Source: Bdellovibrionota bacterium | Lineage (GTDB): Bacteria > Bdellovibrionota_C > UBA2361 > OMIW01 | Assembly (NCBI GenBank): GCA_044235645.1 | Contig: JBIIHQ010000003.1 | Coordinates: 64,320-128,319, forward strand | Direction: 5' to 3' | DNA length: 64,000 bases | Part shown: one piece after another, positions 29,017 to 38,968 of the stretch | Numbering within the stretch: position 1 is the first letter of the stretch | Layout: every line of letters starts with the position of its first letter | Program-made: the position numbers and the translations under genes | Notes under the pieces: model-generated | What the model saw: only the letters and a program-made list of their open reading frames with translations | Databases searched by the model: none | Told to the model about the DNA's origin: nothing

Positions 29017-31788
29017 CTACCGGACGGTAAACGTCGTTGAGTACGAGCTGAACAGAGTCCGGGCTCCCGAGGGGGATATCGCCTGATATCGGACCCGATA
29101 TCTACCCTTTCGGAGTCCTTCAACGACTACCTTTGTTGTTCTCGAGCGCACGACGCTCACCGATGTCGACGAAGTCAGCGTCTCGACGGACAACCGGTAT
29201 TGCGTCGGATTCTGTGGGAGCCCAGCCGCCGACACCGTCACTTCGAATTTCCGGGTTGTCAGCCGTTTCACGGACGGTCTCGCTGGAGTACTCGCGTTGA
29301 ACGGCACCGGCGTTGCTGTCGGAGTCGGAGTCGGTGGGGCTGGCGTGGGCGTAGCACATCCAACCAACAACTTTCCAGATGAGTCAAAGTCGGGCTTACC
29401 ACAGCCGCACGCCCCCGGTTCTACCTTGAGGCTATCCCCAGGGCATAGATCGTCGCAGTCAGGCTTTCCATCTCCATCCGTATCTACATCGGACTGAAGA
29501 CAACCACAAAGGCCGGGGTTGATCTTTGCCGGATCGGTGGGACAACCGTCTGTGCAATCGAACTCCCTATCAAAATCAGAGTCAACATCCTCAACCCCAC
29601 AGCCACAGATACCCTTTTGCTGTTTTTGTGGATCGTTTGGGCAATTATCTTCGCAATTGGCGACGCCATCGCTGTCGCCATCAACATCTTCCACCTTTTT
29701 AAAGTCCTTCCAGCACATGTCAAAGCAGTCGGACGTACCATCTCCATCCTGGTCGCTTGCGAGATCCTCAGGGAGACAGCTTGGGGCCTGGAAGATATCA
29801 GCGACTGAGTTCGTGTCGGGTGCTGGGGTGCCGAGTGGCGAAACATTACCCACGTCAGGGGCAGTTGAGCGGTACGCAACCGAACCGACCCGAATCCGAA
29901 CTTTCTCAGGAGTGGGAACGACACCTGGAGTGTTGACAGCCAAGGGGTTGGGAGTTGCGGTTGCAGAGCGCGGGATGACAGCCGCAAACGCATTACTGCT
30001 ATCCCCTAATCCTCCCGCACCCGACCCAGACGATGCCAGCACGGCTCGACACTCATCAACTCGCCCAAGCCGATCCTTTGTTACATTAGCTGCATACACC
30101 TGATTAGTACCACCTACAGCACCCCAGTTGGTTGAATTGGATTGAAAAGCAATCAATTCCCCCGAACCACTGACGCTTGGATTTCCGGAGTCACCATTAC
30201 CTTCCTGCCCGGCTGAACCGGAACAACGAATTGTCTGAAAGAATCGACGATCATAGACGAAGACATCCTTTCTCCCGTTCGAATCACCAAGTGTGATATT
30301 CGACGCGCTCGAATCATAGATCACAAATCGACCGTCTGCCGAGATGCGGACGTTCTGGCTAGAGGCGTTCGGGGCTACAATCTTAGTAAAGTTGTTGCTG
30401 ACTCTCTCGAGATTTCCGACATCCTCGGATATTTTATCTCTCTCAAAGACAAATACATCGGAGCTACCGTTAAAGTCCAGGGAACGGAACGGTGTCAGTG
30501 ATTCAAAAGCAATAAACCGGCCATCCTCGCTGATGGATCCATTAATTGAATCTTGTGTACTTACCACATCACATTGCAGAGGGCGGGGTTGATGATATTT
30601 ACAGTCGAAAGATGCCACCTTGGTTGAAGGAGTTTCTCCCCCGTCCCTCACATATATATCCCGCACCTTGTTACTGTCTAACCATTGATTAAAATCGAAA
30701 TTCGGAGATTGTCGCGGATTAGTTTGCTGCTCAAATGCAAAGTCTGATGGTCGCGGACCGGGGAAAAGGTAATCGTCATCGTTATCCTGGATTCCATCCT
30801 CTCCGAGAATCGGCTTTAATAACCCGACCTCTTTCTGAAAGCCATCAGCTAACTCTACCAGAACAGAGGATTCGCCACTCTCCGTCCTCCTAAATCCGGC
30901 CCCCGTAAAACCGTCTGTATCATAAACTACGAAGCGTCCATCTCCTGATAAATACGGACGTCTACTTTCACTCTGCCCTCGCTGACGGTCGGGATTAGGA
31001 GCCGCAACACCCAAACTACTATACCCAAGGGCACCCACAATTTCATCAAGCTTGGTATTGGCGACTCGGAGCGTTTCAGTCAGAAGAGCCGGTTTTCCAT
31101 TCGCATCGTACTGGGCGACTCCGTTCACACCACTTGTAGCGTCGTAATAAGACTGCCGGACGGTCGGTATCTCTGACATCGATGCTAATTTAGTCTGATT
31201 GGCAAGTCTATCTCGAACCAGTATGTGACGACCAGGGAAAAAGATGCCAACATGAAACCGCTGATTGTAAATATCCTTCCCGATAGAAGGCTTGTCGGGA
31301 CCAACCAAGGAGTTAAAACTTTCTTTAAAGATAGCCTTGCCCTTCTTCCCTGGACTGACCGGATCTGCACCATCGCGCAGATCCGCCACAAATGCCACAA
31401 ACCGCCCATCATTACTCACAGTTGGCTCGTAACAGTCGACAGGTGAAGGATCACCTGTCATCGTCACGCTCACTAATTCAATCGCTCCCGCCTGCCGATC
31501 ATACAAGTAAACCTGCTTACGACCATTCAGCGCTATTGAGGCCTTTTCCTGCGTCTGCGCCACCAGATTCGTCGCAGCCGACTCGAATACGACGAACCGG
31601 CCGTTCTTACTCATTTGGGGATTGTTTATATCGGCGTTCGCCAGTCCACCGCTTCCAGTTCCATAAGCAAAGCTAATTCGGGCCGTATCATTTGGGGCAA
31701 ATGGCTGTGCAGAGACTGCCTCCATCATTACGACCCCTGACGCAACGAGAAATGCTCCAGACAGGAGCGCTGAAAAGGTGCGCTTCAT
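29017..31788 (-). CDS. Secreted or surface protein with N-terminal PD40 (TolB-like beta-propeller) repeats and thrombospondin type-3 Ca-binding repeats with CGCG motifs.
   Basis: Signal peptide. At least 5 GRF[VI]x[FY]xS PD40-like repeats. Repeated D.D.DG..D..D and CP.D...K...G[IAL]CGC[GL] units. A PT-rich linker (TPTPAPPTPTPTATP) and a ~90-aa C-terminal beta domain. Confidence 0.6.
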   Translation of the reverse strand: MKRTFSALLSGAFLVASGVVMMEAVSAQPFAPNDTARISFAYGTGSGGLANADINNPQMSKNGRFVVFESAATNLVAQTQEKASIALNGRKQVYLYDRQAGAIELVSVTMTGDPSPVDCYEPTVSNDGRFVAFVADLRDGADPVSPGKKGKAIFKESFNSLVGPDKPSIGKDIYNQRFHVGIFFPGRHILVRDRLANQTKLASMSEIPTVRQSYYDATSGVNGVAQYDANGKPALLTETLRVANTKLDEIVGALGYSSLGVAAPNPDRQRGQSESRRPYLSGDGRFVVYDTDGFTGAGFRRTESGESSVLVELADGFQKEVGLLKPILGEDGIQDNDDDYLFPGPRPSDFAFEQQTNPRQSPNFDFNQWLDSNKVRDIYVRDGGETPSTKVASFDCKYHQPRPLQCDVVSTQDSINGSISEDGRFIAFESLTPFRSLDFNGSSDVFVFERDKISEDVGNLERVSNNFTKIVAPNASSQNVRISADGRFVIYDSSASNITLGDSNGRKDVFVYDRRFFQTIRCSGSAGQEGNGDSGNPSVSGSGELIAFQSNSTNWGAVGGTNQVYAANVTKDRLGRVDECRAVLASSGSGAGGLGDSSNAFAAVIPRSATATPNPLAVNTPGVVPTPEKVRIRVGSVAYRSTAPDVGNVSPLGTPAPDTNSVADIFQAPSCLPEDLASDQDGDGTSDCFDMCWKDFKKVEDVDGDSDGVANCEDNCPNDPQKQQKGICGCGVEDVDSDFDREFDCTDGCPTDPAKINPGLCGCLQSDVDTDGDGKPDCDDLCPGDSLKVEPGACGCGKPDFDSSGKLLVGCATPTPAPPTPTPTATPVPFNASTPARPSVKRLTTRKFEVTVSAAGLPQNPTQYRLSVETLTSSTSVSVVRSRTTKVVVEGLRKGRYRVRYQAISPSGARTLFSSYSTTFTVR

Positions 31789-32032
31789 AGACTCTGAGAC
31801 CCTTTAGTGAACACACGTGTGAGCTATACCACTTACCGGATTCGCGACGTCGAATAGAATGACCTCTCTTGGTAAATCTCGATACAGAAATTATGACATT
31901 CTCACGTGAGCGAATCTTAACCTCTTTCAACCCCCCGCAACGACGGACGACATTCTCTCGATGGACCTATCCAAATGAGTGTACAGCTATTCGATGCCGT
32001 CGCAAGACCCTGAGATTCCTCTCGGCTATTGA

Positions 32033-33154
32033 TTAGGCCTCCGTTGCCGCACAAATAATCTCGGGATCATCCTCCTCCACTAGCACCCGGACCGCGGGAT
32101 GATGGGGGACAACAGCCCCCTCCGCACGAAACAACCATCGAAGGAGATCTCTAAAAAAGCTAAAAAGAGGCATTTGGGATGCTATTCTATTTCTAACCTC
32201 CTCTCGGGTCGCCTTGAAACTCGCGTGGCTCTCCTGTGTCAACTTTTCCCGCTCTCTCAGATAGTTACGGAGCGGTTGAATCTGAACTTCGAAGAGACGC
32301 CCCCCCCACCCAACAACAAGCTTTATTGCCTTCCAACCTGAGTTTTTTGCCCGAGATTCAGATAGATAATCCTTCGTCTCAATAATCGTGATCTTTCGCG
32401 TCTCAGGGCTGGGGACTACCCCGATGCTCGCAAGAATGCGGTCGCTCCACTCTAACTTCTCAAGCGCAGCCAACAATCGATAAGCACTCATTTCGTCGGC
32501 AACCACCATCTTTAGTCCGAATACATCTTTGACGTATCGACTCAAATGAGAAAGCTGCTTATCTCGGGATACGAGAGAGTCAAGGTGGAATATTTCATCA
32601 ACGACCTTATTCCAAATCTCCTCTTCTGCCTTCACCCGCGTCATCAACTTGTGAATATTGAACGTGTTGTATCCCCGCGGTTGATATTCCACCACGTTCG
32701 ATATCAGGGCTGGTACACCCCACCCCCCTCCGTCGAAATAGCGGAGTTTACTGAGCTGTCTCGTCCCCAGATCGAGGTCGGTCGTCGCATATAACTCCTC
32801 GAGGGTGAGGGTCTGAGAGAGGGTAAATCGCTCTCTCGACTGGGGAACCTCGCCGATGACAACGCTACTGATCTCCACAAGCGCTTGAATATCCTCCCCA
32901 TCGCCAAGCAACGAGGAAAAAAGGAGCGCCATTCGGTGAAGCGCCTCTTCGCCCCGGCGGATCATCGCCCCAAAACTTTTCTGTATACTATCAACGGTTG
33001 ATCGTTGGAAGGTAAGGGTGACAACACGGCCATCCTCCCGTAACGACTCGCGGGCAATCTGCAAAGACGTAACCAATTCATTAAGGTGTCGGTCTTGGGT
33101 GACCATCCATAGCGGACTGTGACCTAAATGAGGTGTCAGGGGGTGTTCTTCCAC
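32033..33154 (-). CDS. RelA/SpoT-synthetase-fold nucleotidyltransferase domain protein, with a diverged C-terminal synthetase-like domain and an unknown N-terminal ~190 aa.
   Basis: Motif series DVFGLKMVV...AYRLLAAL, then TKDYLSESRAKNSGWKAIKLVV, then GRLFEVQIQ...SHASFK. These correspond to the RelA/SpoT blocks D.aG.R.I / DYI..PK.NGYQSLH / EVQIRT...AHW.YK, with substitutions in the last two. Confidence 0.45.
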   Translation of the reverse strand: MEEHPLTPHLGHSPLWMVTQDRHLNELVTSLQIARESLREDGRVVTLTFQRSTVDSIQKSFGAMIRRGEEALHRMALLFSSLLGDGEDIQALVEISSVVIGEVPQSRERFTLSQTLTLEELYATTDLDLGTRQLSKLRYFDGGGWGVPALISNVVEYQPRGYNTFNIHKLMTRVKAEEEIWNKVVDEIFHLDSLVSRDKQLSHLSRYVKDVFGLKMVVADEMSAYRLLAALEKLEWSDRILASIGVVPSPETRKITIIETKDYLSESRAKNSGWKAIKLVVGWGGRLFEVQIQPLRNYLREREKLTQESHASFKATREEVRNRIASQMPLFSFFRDLLRWLFRAEGAVVPHHPAVRVLVEEDDPEIICAATEA

Positions 33155-33276
33155 AATGCCTGTTTATCGATTGGCTACAAATGGTTACCCAAAATTGCCC
33201 ACCTTGCTCCTCTTGCCCAGAGGCTTAAGCAGTACGAGGCGCAAGATGGGCCATAGATGTGAGAACACTGCTCCAG

Positions 33277-33798
33277 TCATCCTCGCCTCGTCATTACCCC
33301 TACCCCGTCATCGAATACGAGACTCCCCCCGAGGTAGCCGACATATAAAAGGATGGCGCCGAGACAGCTAAGCGAAATTGCATACCCGATCGCAGAGATA
33401 AAATCGCCCCGTCTTTTTGCGACCAATCGTGCTCCGGCCACTATCGGCAGAATAAACACCGCCCACCGGCCCCACGAATGATGATCGGCAATCCTGCCTG
33501 AAACTGCCCCATCATCGGGTGGGTACAAGAAACCATCCGCAACATACCCCGATAAAAAGGTTACCAGGATGGCGGTACACAATCCCCAAAAAGCCCATCG
33601 AGCCTCCTCTGAAGGCCTCCACGTTCGCCATAACGAAACTATATCAAGCCCCCCGAGGAGCAGCCAAAACGCGAGCGAACAACCACTGATGGCGGGGTGA
33701 ACCCGAGAGATTACAGATATCACACAACTCGCTCGTAAAAGACAAATGAAAGCCCCTCGCCCTTGGTCAGGGATTGACCTAGCACCCTGAGAGTTCAC
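33277..33798 (-). CDS. Small polytopic membrane protein (hypothetical). Its start overlaps the stop of the upstream phosphatase gene by 4 nt.
   Basis: 4-5 predicted TM helices and a Trp/Gly-rich periplasmic loop. The ATGA-type overlap with 33795..34925 suggests translational coupling. Confidence 0.4.
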   Translation of the reverse strand: MNSQGARSIPDQGRGAFICLLRASCVISVISRVHPAISGCSLAFWLLLGGLDIVSLWRTWRPSEEARWAFWGLCTAILVTFLSGYVADGFLYPPDDGAVSGRIADHHSWGRWAVFILPIVAGARLVAKRRGDFISAIGYAISLSCLGAILLYVGYLGGSLVFDDGVGVMTRRG

Positions 33799-34925
33799 TT
33801 TTTCTGGAGCGCGAGAACCGTCACATCATCATTGAGACGCTTTCCATCCAGGAATCCAATAACGTCCTCCTCCAGAATCGCTCCTATCGAGCGACCGTCC
33901 TCACCCGCCTCAACTATTGCCTGTCCAATCCGATCAACTCCGTATCTCTCTCCATCCCTGTTTGCCGTTTCGGTCAACCCATCAGAGGTGAGGATCAGCA
34001 CATCCCCCGACCCCAAGGTCAGAGTATAGGGAGCGTACATCACATCCTCATCAACCCCCACCGGGAGGCCCCGCGCACCCACCTCTCGACATTCCCCCGA
34101 GTGTCGTTTCACCAAGACCGACGGCGGAATCCCTCCGTGCGCCAGCTGAACCTCACTCGTCTTCGGATCGTAGCTCGCGATCACAATCGCGATGTACCGC
34201 CCCTCTGGAAGCTGGGGCGTGAGAATTCTGTTGACATCACTCATGAGATCGACCGCCTGCTCTGCCTGACTCACCGAGAGCGCCAATTTGACCATGCTGC
34301 ACAAAAGTGCTGCGGCTATCCCATGGCCTGTCACATCGATTACTACGAGCTGAAGGCTGCCGTCGGGGAGTATACGACAAAAATAAGCGTCACCGGCAAC
34401 CTGTTCCATCGGACGGTACCATACCGTCACCTTTACGTCATCATTCGACGGAAGAGTGGAGGGCAACAGCGCGTGCTGAATCGATTTTGCCTCGGCAAGC
34501 TCACGCGCGTACCGGTTATTGAGGTCCTTTAACATTGCATTACGCTCTCGAAGCGTTGCTTCGTGATCGTCCGCTCCCTTCAACTTATTAACCCGCAGAA
34601 GTACCGCCGCCTTACTCGCTACCGCCCCGGGATTGGTGGAAACAGGTACCACCTCCTCGTGGTTAAGTTGGACATCTCCGGGATCCCCGTCAACGAGGCG
34701 AATGAGAGGAACCTCCCTTGTTGAGGGAAACGCTCGCAAAAAATAACGAACATCGAGGGCATGGGGATAGGTGGCCTCATTCAGGATGACTAAATCAGTT
34801 TCAGTAGATTGAAAAATCTGCAAGGGCGCGAGGCCCGTATCTGGGCAAATAACGCTGTATCCGAGAAAGGTAAGAAGGTTGTGAATCTTCCCCCCCGACT
34901 CATCGAGCAGCATTATGGTATCCAT
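33795..34925 (-). CDS. Response-regulator receiver domain fused to a PP2C/SpoIIE-family Ser phosphatase (RsbU-like).
   Basis: REC-like N-terminus (IMLLDES...DLVILNE). PP2C/SpoIIE core (WYRPMEQVAGDAYFC, VVIDVTGHGIAAALL, LILTSDGLTE). Confidence 0.7.
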   Translation of the reverse strand: MDTIMLLDESGGKIHNLLTFLGYSVICPDTGLAPLQIFQSTETDLVILNEATYPHALDVRYFLRAFPSTREVPLIRLVDGDPGDVQLNHEEVVPVSTNPGAVASKAAVLLRVNKLKGADDHEATLRERNAMLKDLNNRYARELAEAKSIQHALLPSTLPSNDDVKVTVWYRPMEQVAGDAYFCRILPDGSLQLVVIDVTGHGIAAALLCSMVKLALSVSQAEQAVDLMSDVNRILTPQLPEGRYIAIVIASYDPKTSEVQLAHGGIPPSVLVKRHSGECREVGARGLPVGVDEDVMYAPYTLTLGSGDVLILTSDGLTETANRDGERYGVDRIGQAIVEAGEDGRSIGAILEEDVIGFLDGKRLNDDVTVLALQKK

Positions 34926-35089
34926 CCTTGAACCCTCTACGACGGGGGATCAGCGCCTCATCGACAGCCTCGCTGATCCCTCTCCGACCTCCTGGCCGCC
35001 TTCGAGCCCCCCCACTAGTTGCTCGCTTAATGTGCCGCCATGGGAGGAAGATCGACAAAGGGAGGCTGCCTCTTGAGAGATTTTCTTAC

Positions 35090-35707
35090 TTATTTTCCAA
35101 TAGGGACGCGTCCCGGTTCGCCCTCGATCACTACGCCCTCTACCTTTGGCAAGGACTGCCGGTCATTTGCAGAAAGAGAGGGAAGACGAAGTCGCCACTC
35201 GGGACCCACCTCATTCAGAACCCCCATCTCAACGAATAAGGTATCCTCAGGCCCACCCCACTCGCCCGCTGCAAGCCTCGCCCGAAAGTAGGGAAGGGGC
35301 GCGACCGCTGGCCCCCGCAATACTTCCCCGGTAATACGGTAGCGTGAGCCGGAAAAAGGGGAGGTTAAGAAGCGCTCTCCTCTCTCCTCAGCTAAGACGA
35401 GCGGAGACAGGTCAGAGGTGCATTCGGTGCTCATCACCGAGAGCCCTCGTTCGTCAGAGCGAATTAAGATTCTGAAATCTGCCAGGAAAGTTTCCCGGTC
35501 AGCAAGAAGAGAAGCAACTGACCCAACTCTCATCACCCCAGCCGGTCGGTGGAGATGGCGACCCTTGCACCCACTGGGACTAAAGGCGAGGGTGATGATA
35601 AACAGACCCGACCACAAACGGTTACCCTTCCCTCGGAAGGTGCGCCCATCCCTCGCAGGGGCACTGGCGGAGTTGGACCCCGCACCTGCCCCCTCTACTG
35701 CACCCAC
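35090..35707 (-). CDS. Hypothetical lipoprotein.
   Basis: Possible lipobox LAFSPSGC after a hydrophobic segment. No recognisable domain. It lies where yajC-secDF would normally follow tgt. Confidence 0.3.
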   Translation of the reverse strand: MGAVEGAGAGSNSASAPARDGRTFRGKGNRLWSGLFIITLAFSPSGCKGRHLHRPAGVMRVGSVASLLADRETFLADFRILIRSDERGLSVMSTECTSDLSPLVLAEERGERFLTSPFSGSRYRITGEVLRGPAVAPLPYFRARLAAGEWGGPEDTLFVEMGVLNEVGPEWRLRLPSLSANDRQSLPKVEGVVIEGEPGRVPIGK

Positions 35708-36024
35708 GGAAGCTGCTCTCGTAAACTCTCAATGAGAGCCGGGACGGAGGTGTCCGGAGGAGCGATAACAACACCACCCTGAACCTGGTGCGCCAGCCGT
35801 TTTAAAACTCGTTCGGGCCCTCGCTGAGAGTCTCTCACCCGCAACCGTCGAAGTCTGTCGCCCCCCATCAATTCGAGGTAATCCTCGAGCTCGGAACGCT
35901 CCGTCGCGAGAATAATAAGGCGGTGTCCATTTATCGTAACCGCCGCGGGGTGACTACCTTTGAAGGGGGCAAATAACTGGCTCATATCCTCAAGGTAACC
36001 CTCAAGCCGTCTCTTTTCAACCAC
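35695..36024 (-). CDS. Hypothetical protein (109 aa).
   Basis: ORF overlapping the downstream gene by 13 nt, on the same strand as tgt. No motif recognised. Confidence 0.3.
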   Translation of the reverse strand: MVEKRRLEGYLEDMSQLFAPFKGSHPAAVTINGHRLIILATERSELEDYLELMGGDRLRRLRVRDSQRGPERVLKRLAHQVQGGVVIAPPDTSVPALIESLREQLPWVQ

Positions 36025-36046
36025 CTTATTCGAGCCTTCGCAAAAA

Positions 36047-37192
36047 CTACCTTACCTCTTTTCCATTCCGCCACCGATACCGTACCTCTCGATGGAGATC
36101 TGAAAAGGTACCCACTTCGATGGAACGCCGAATCGCCCGCATAAGGGTAAGATAATGAGTCACATTGTGAAGCGATAATAGCTGTGGCCCAAGCATCTCT
36201 TCCACCTTGAAAAGATGGTGAATATACGCTCGTGAGTATCGACGACATGCGAGGCATCGACAGCTCTCATCCAGAGGTATTTCACTGCGCGCCCAGCACG
36301 CATTCCGAATATTGAGATACGGGTGCTCACCTGATAGAAAAGCCCTCCCGAAGCGACCCGCCCTGGTCGGCATCACGCAATCAAAGAGGTCTACCCCCTG
36401 AGATACCGCTTCCACTATATCCCCGGGCGTTCCAACTCCCATTAAATAACGAACTTTGTCCGCCGGAAGTTGCTGCGGATGATATGACAATACGTCGTAC
36501 ATCACCTCCTGCGGTTCCCCAACACTCAATCCACCGATCGCATACCCATCAAACCCAATTTGAGTCAGCGCATCGATTGACTCGGTTCGCAACTCCCGGT
36601 ACTTACCCCCCTGAGTAATACCAAAGAGAGCAGTTTCAGGCCGGCCTCGGGCATCAGCGCACCGCTTTTCCCATCGAACGGTCCGCTGTAAAGATCGCGC
36701 AACCCCGTCATAATCGAGCTCTGCCGCAGGACATTCATCAAAGGCCATCGCAATATCGACCCCGAGCTCCTCCTGAATCCCAACCGAGCGTTCAGGCGTC
36801 AGCATAATCTCCGCGCCATCAAGATGCGACCGAAACCGCACCCCCTCCTCAGAGATCGCCCGAATACTTTGAAGGCTGAACACCTGATAGCCCCCGCTGT
36901 CGCTCAGGATCGGCCCCTCCCAGCTGCAAAAGCGATGGATGCCCCCAAGAGCTCCAATGAGCGATGAGCCGGGCCGAAGATGGAGATGATAGGTGTTTAC
37001 CAGCGTTACTTCTGTTCCTGCCTCCCGAAGCCGCTCATGATCAATACCTTTTACCGTCGCCTTGGTTCCAACCGGCATGAAAGCCGGGGTTTGGAAACTC
37101 CCATGAATATGGGTGCGATACGCACCCCGACGAGCTCGACCATCCTGACACCAGAGACTAAAGGGGGCGCGACCTGTTGAGACTTCTACCAC
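36047..37192 (-). CDS. tgt: Queuine tRNA-ribosyltransferase.
   Basis: DGRARRG...FMPVGT, Zn-site CxCxxC...H (CRCLACRRYSRAYIHHL), and overall Tgt similarity. Confidence 0.9.
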   Translation of the reverse strand: MVEVSTGRAPFSLWCQDGRARRGAYRTHIHGSFQTPAFMPVGTKATVKGIDHERLREAGTEVTLVNTYHLHLRPGSSLIGALGGIHRFCSWEGPILSDSGGYQVFSLQSIRAISEEGVRFRSHLDGAEIMLTPERSVGIQEELGVDIAMAFDECPAAELDYDGVARSLQRTVRWEKRCADARGRPETALFGITQGGKYRELRTESIDALTQIGFDGYAIGGLSVGEPQEVMYDVLSYHPQQLPADKVRYLMGVGTPGDIVEAVSQGVDLFDCVMPTRAGRFGRAFLSGEHPYLNIRNACWARSEIPLDESCRCLACRRYSRAYIHHLFKVEEMLGPQLLSLHNVTHYLTLMRAIRRSIEVGTFSDLHREVRYRWRNGKEVR

Positions 37193-37201
37193 ACGCGCCT
37201 C

Positions 37202-37651
37202 CTAGTCCTGACGATGACCTTGAGCCGCGACATCGGCGAGATACTGCTTGAGCTTAACCAAGCTTTCGTCGCTCAACAAATGCTCCGTTTTGCAGGCATC
37301 TATCTCTGCCTGCTCAGTGCCAACTCCGATCACTTCGTGGAGTAACTGAAAAAGCACTGCCCTTCGGTCCAGAACTCCCGCAACGAGTTTTTCCCCTTCA
37401 CTCGTCATCACCAGGAATTTATTCGGGTCCATCTCGACAAGACCGCGCCCCTTGAGCCCCTTTATGTTCGCCGACGCACTCCCGGTCGTGATATCGAGAT
37501 GGCGTGCGACATCACTAACCCGCACATATCCCTGCGTATCCCGTATCTCCTTTATAGCCATCAGGTGATGGGCGGCACTATGGGTAAGCTTATTTTCTTC
37601 AAACAGCTTCCAAATCTCCATCGGTTTGCCCCCCGTCTCTCCGTTTGCCAT
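37202..37651 (-). CDS. DtxR/MntR-family metal-dependent transcriptional repressor.
   Basis: ~142 aa. HTH (GYVRVSDVARHLDITTGSASANIKGL) and a metal-binding/dimerisation helix region similar to MntR. The start is possibly the internal MEIWKL Met. Confidence 0.7.
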   Translation of the reverse strand: MANGETGGKPMEIWKLFEENKLTHSAAHHLMAIKEIRDTQGYVRVSDVARHLDITTGSASANIKGLKGRGLVEMDPNKFLVMTSEGEKLVAGVLDRRAVLFQLLHEVIGVGTEQAEIDACKTEHLLSDESLVKLKQYLADVAAQGHRQD

Positions 37652-37933
37652 TCTTACCCCGCCGACCCTACCGGCGACATCGTCTCTCGAACACCCCTAA
37701 AAATCAAGGCGAAGGAATCCGCATGAACCTCGGGAGCTTGCGGCGACCCCCCTAAAATCAGCCCCTTAGCATTTACCTCCAGCACCCCCTTGGTTCTGCA
37801 ATCAGTTCTTTGAGATCGCCCCCCCGGACCCAAAACAAAGACCCCCTCATCCACGAAGAAATTGCGCTGCCGATATTTTTCCCTCAATTCGCGTGACGAA
37901 ACGTCCGATGAACCAGAGGTACGGGGAGGTTAG

Positions 37934-38926
37934 ATGAACCCCATCAGGATGTATTTTCGGAGAGCGATCATGTCTTTCAACGACGGCGAAGTAAAAAGGG
38001 GGTCCATTCTCCTCGACACGGGCACCAATGAAGTTGAATTTCTGGAGATTGCGGTCGGCTCTGAGCGGTTTGGGGTCAATGTGGCCAAGGTTTCACAGCT
38101 GCTGGTCTGGGACCACTCCAAACTGACCCAATTACCCTCGTCGGACAATGTGTTCCTCGGCTCTTATCCCTTTCGGGGATCGAACTGCGCTGTTTTCGAC
38201 CTTAGTCAAATCCTTGGCTTTGAGCTGAGACAGGACATTAATCCCCTCCTCCTCGTCATGGAGTTCAACTCGCGCATCAATGGATTCCTCGTTGATAAAG
38301 TGTTCAACATCGAACGTGTTTCGTGGAATAGATTTCTCCCAATATCCGAGACCACTTTTGATGTCACTTCTCATTCTCTGACGGGAACCGTGATGATTGA
38401 TAAGAGGGTCATCATGATTCTCGACATTGAAGCACTCATGGCGGAGCTAGATCCCGAGCAACAGATAAGCACTTACATTAAGTACGTTAACAATGAATCT
38501 CCCGTTGCTCAGTACAAGAGAGAAGAGGTTCAGATTTTGTACTGCGAGGACTCGGGCGTGATTCGGAAAACCACGGTAAAAACTCTCGAGCAGGCCGGCT
38601 TCCGCAACATCGAGCAATTCGTCACGGGTGCAGAGCTTCTCCGACACCTTCAGGCGAACACTCCCCAAGCAACAACCCTCATACTGAGTGATATCGAGAT
38701 GCCCGAGCTCGACGGTCTCGCCCTCTGTAAGGCGGTAAAATCAAATCCAAAATTTCAGAGGATTCCCTTTGTCTTTTTCTCCTCCCTCATTAATGATCAG
38801 ATGCGCGCCAAATGCGATATCGTTAAAGCAGATGCTGCATTCTGTAAGCCGGAAATTCACATGATCGTCGATTGCATCGACTCGTTGCTCACTCCACTGG
38901 CTGAGGGGGAGGGATCGACTGACTAA
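37934..38926 (+). CDS. cheV: CheV-like chemotaxis protein (CheW-like domain + C-terminal receiver domain).
   Basis: CheW-like N-terminal domain (EVEFLEIAVGSERFGVNVAKVSQLL). C-terminal REC with ILYCEDS...ILSDIEMPELDG...K. Confidence 0.7.
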   Translation: MNPIRMYFRRAIMSFNDGEVKRGSILLDTGTNEVEFLEIAVGSERFGVNVAKVSQLLVWDHSKLTQLPSSDNVFLGSYPFRGSNCAVFDLSQILGFELRQDINPLLLVMEFNSRINGFLVDKVFNIERVSWNRFLPISETTFDVTSHSLTGTVMIDKRVIMILDIEALMAELDPEQQISTYIKYVNNESPVAQYKREEVQILYCEDSGVIRKTTVKTLEQAGFRNIEQFVTGAELLRHLQANTPQATTLILSDIEMPELDGLALCKAVKSNPKFQRIPFVFFSSLINDQMRAKCDIVKADAAFCKPEIHMIVDCIDSLLTPLAEGEGSTD

Positions 38927-38968
38927 CAGATCCGTCGGTTTAAGGAGCCTCAGACGCTTAAAATATAC

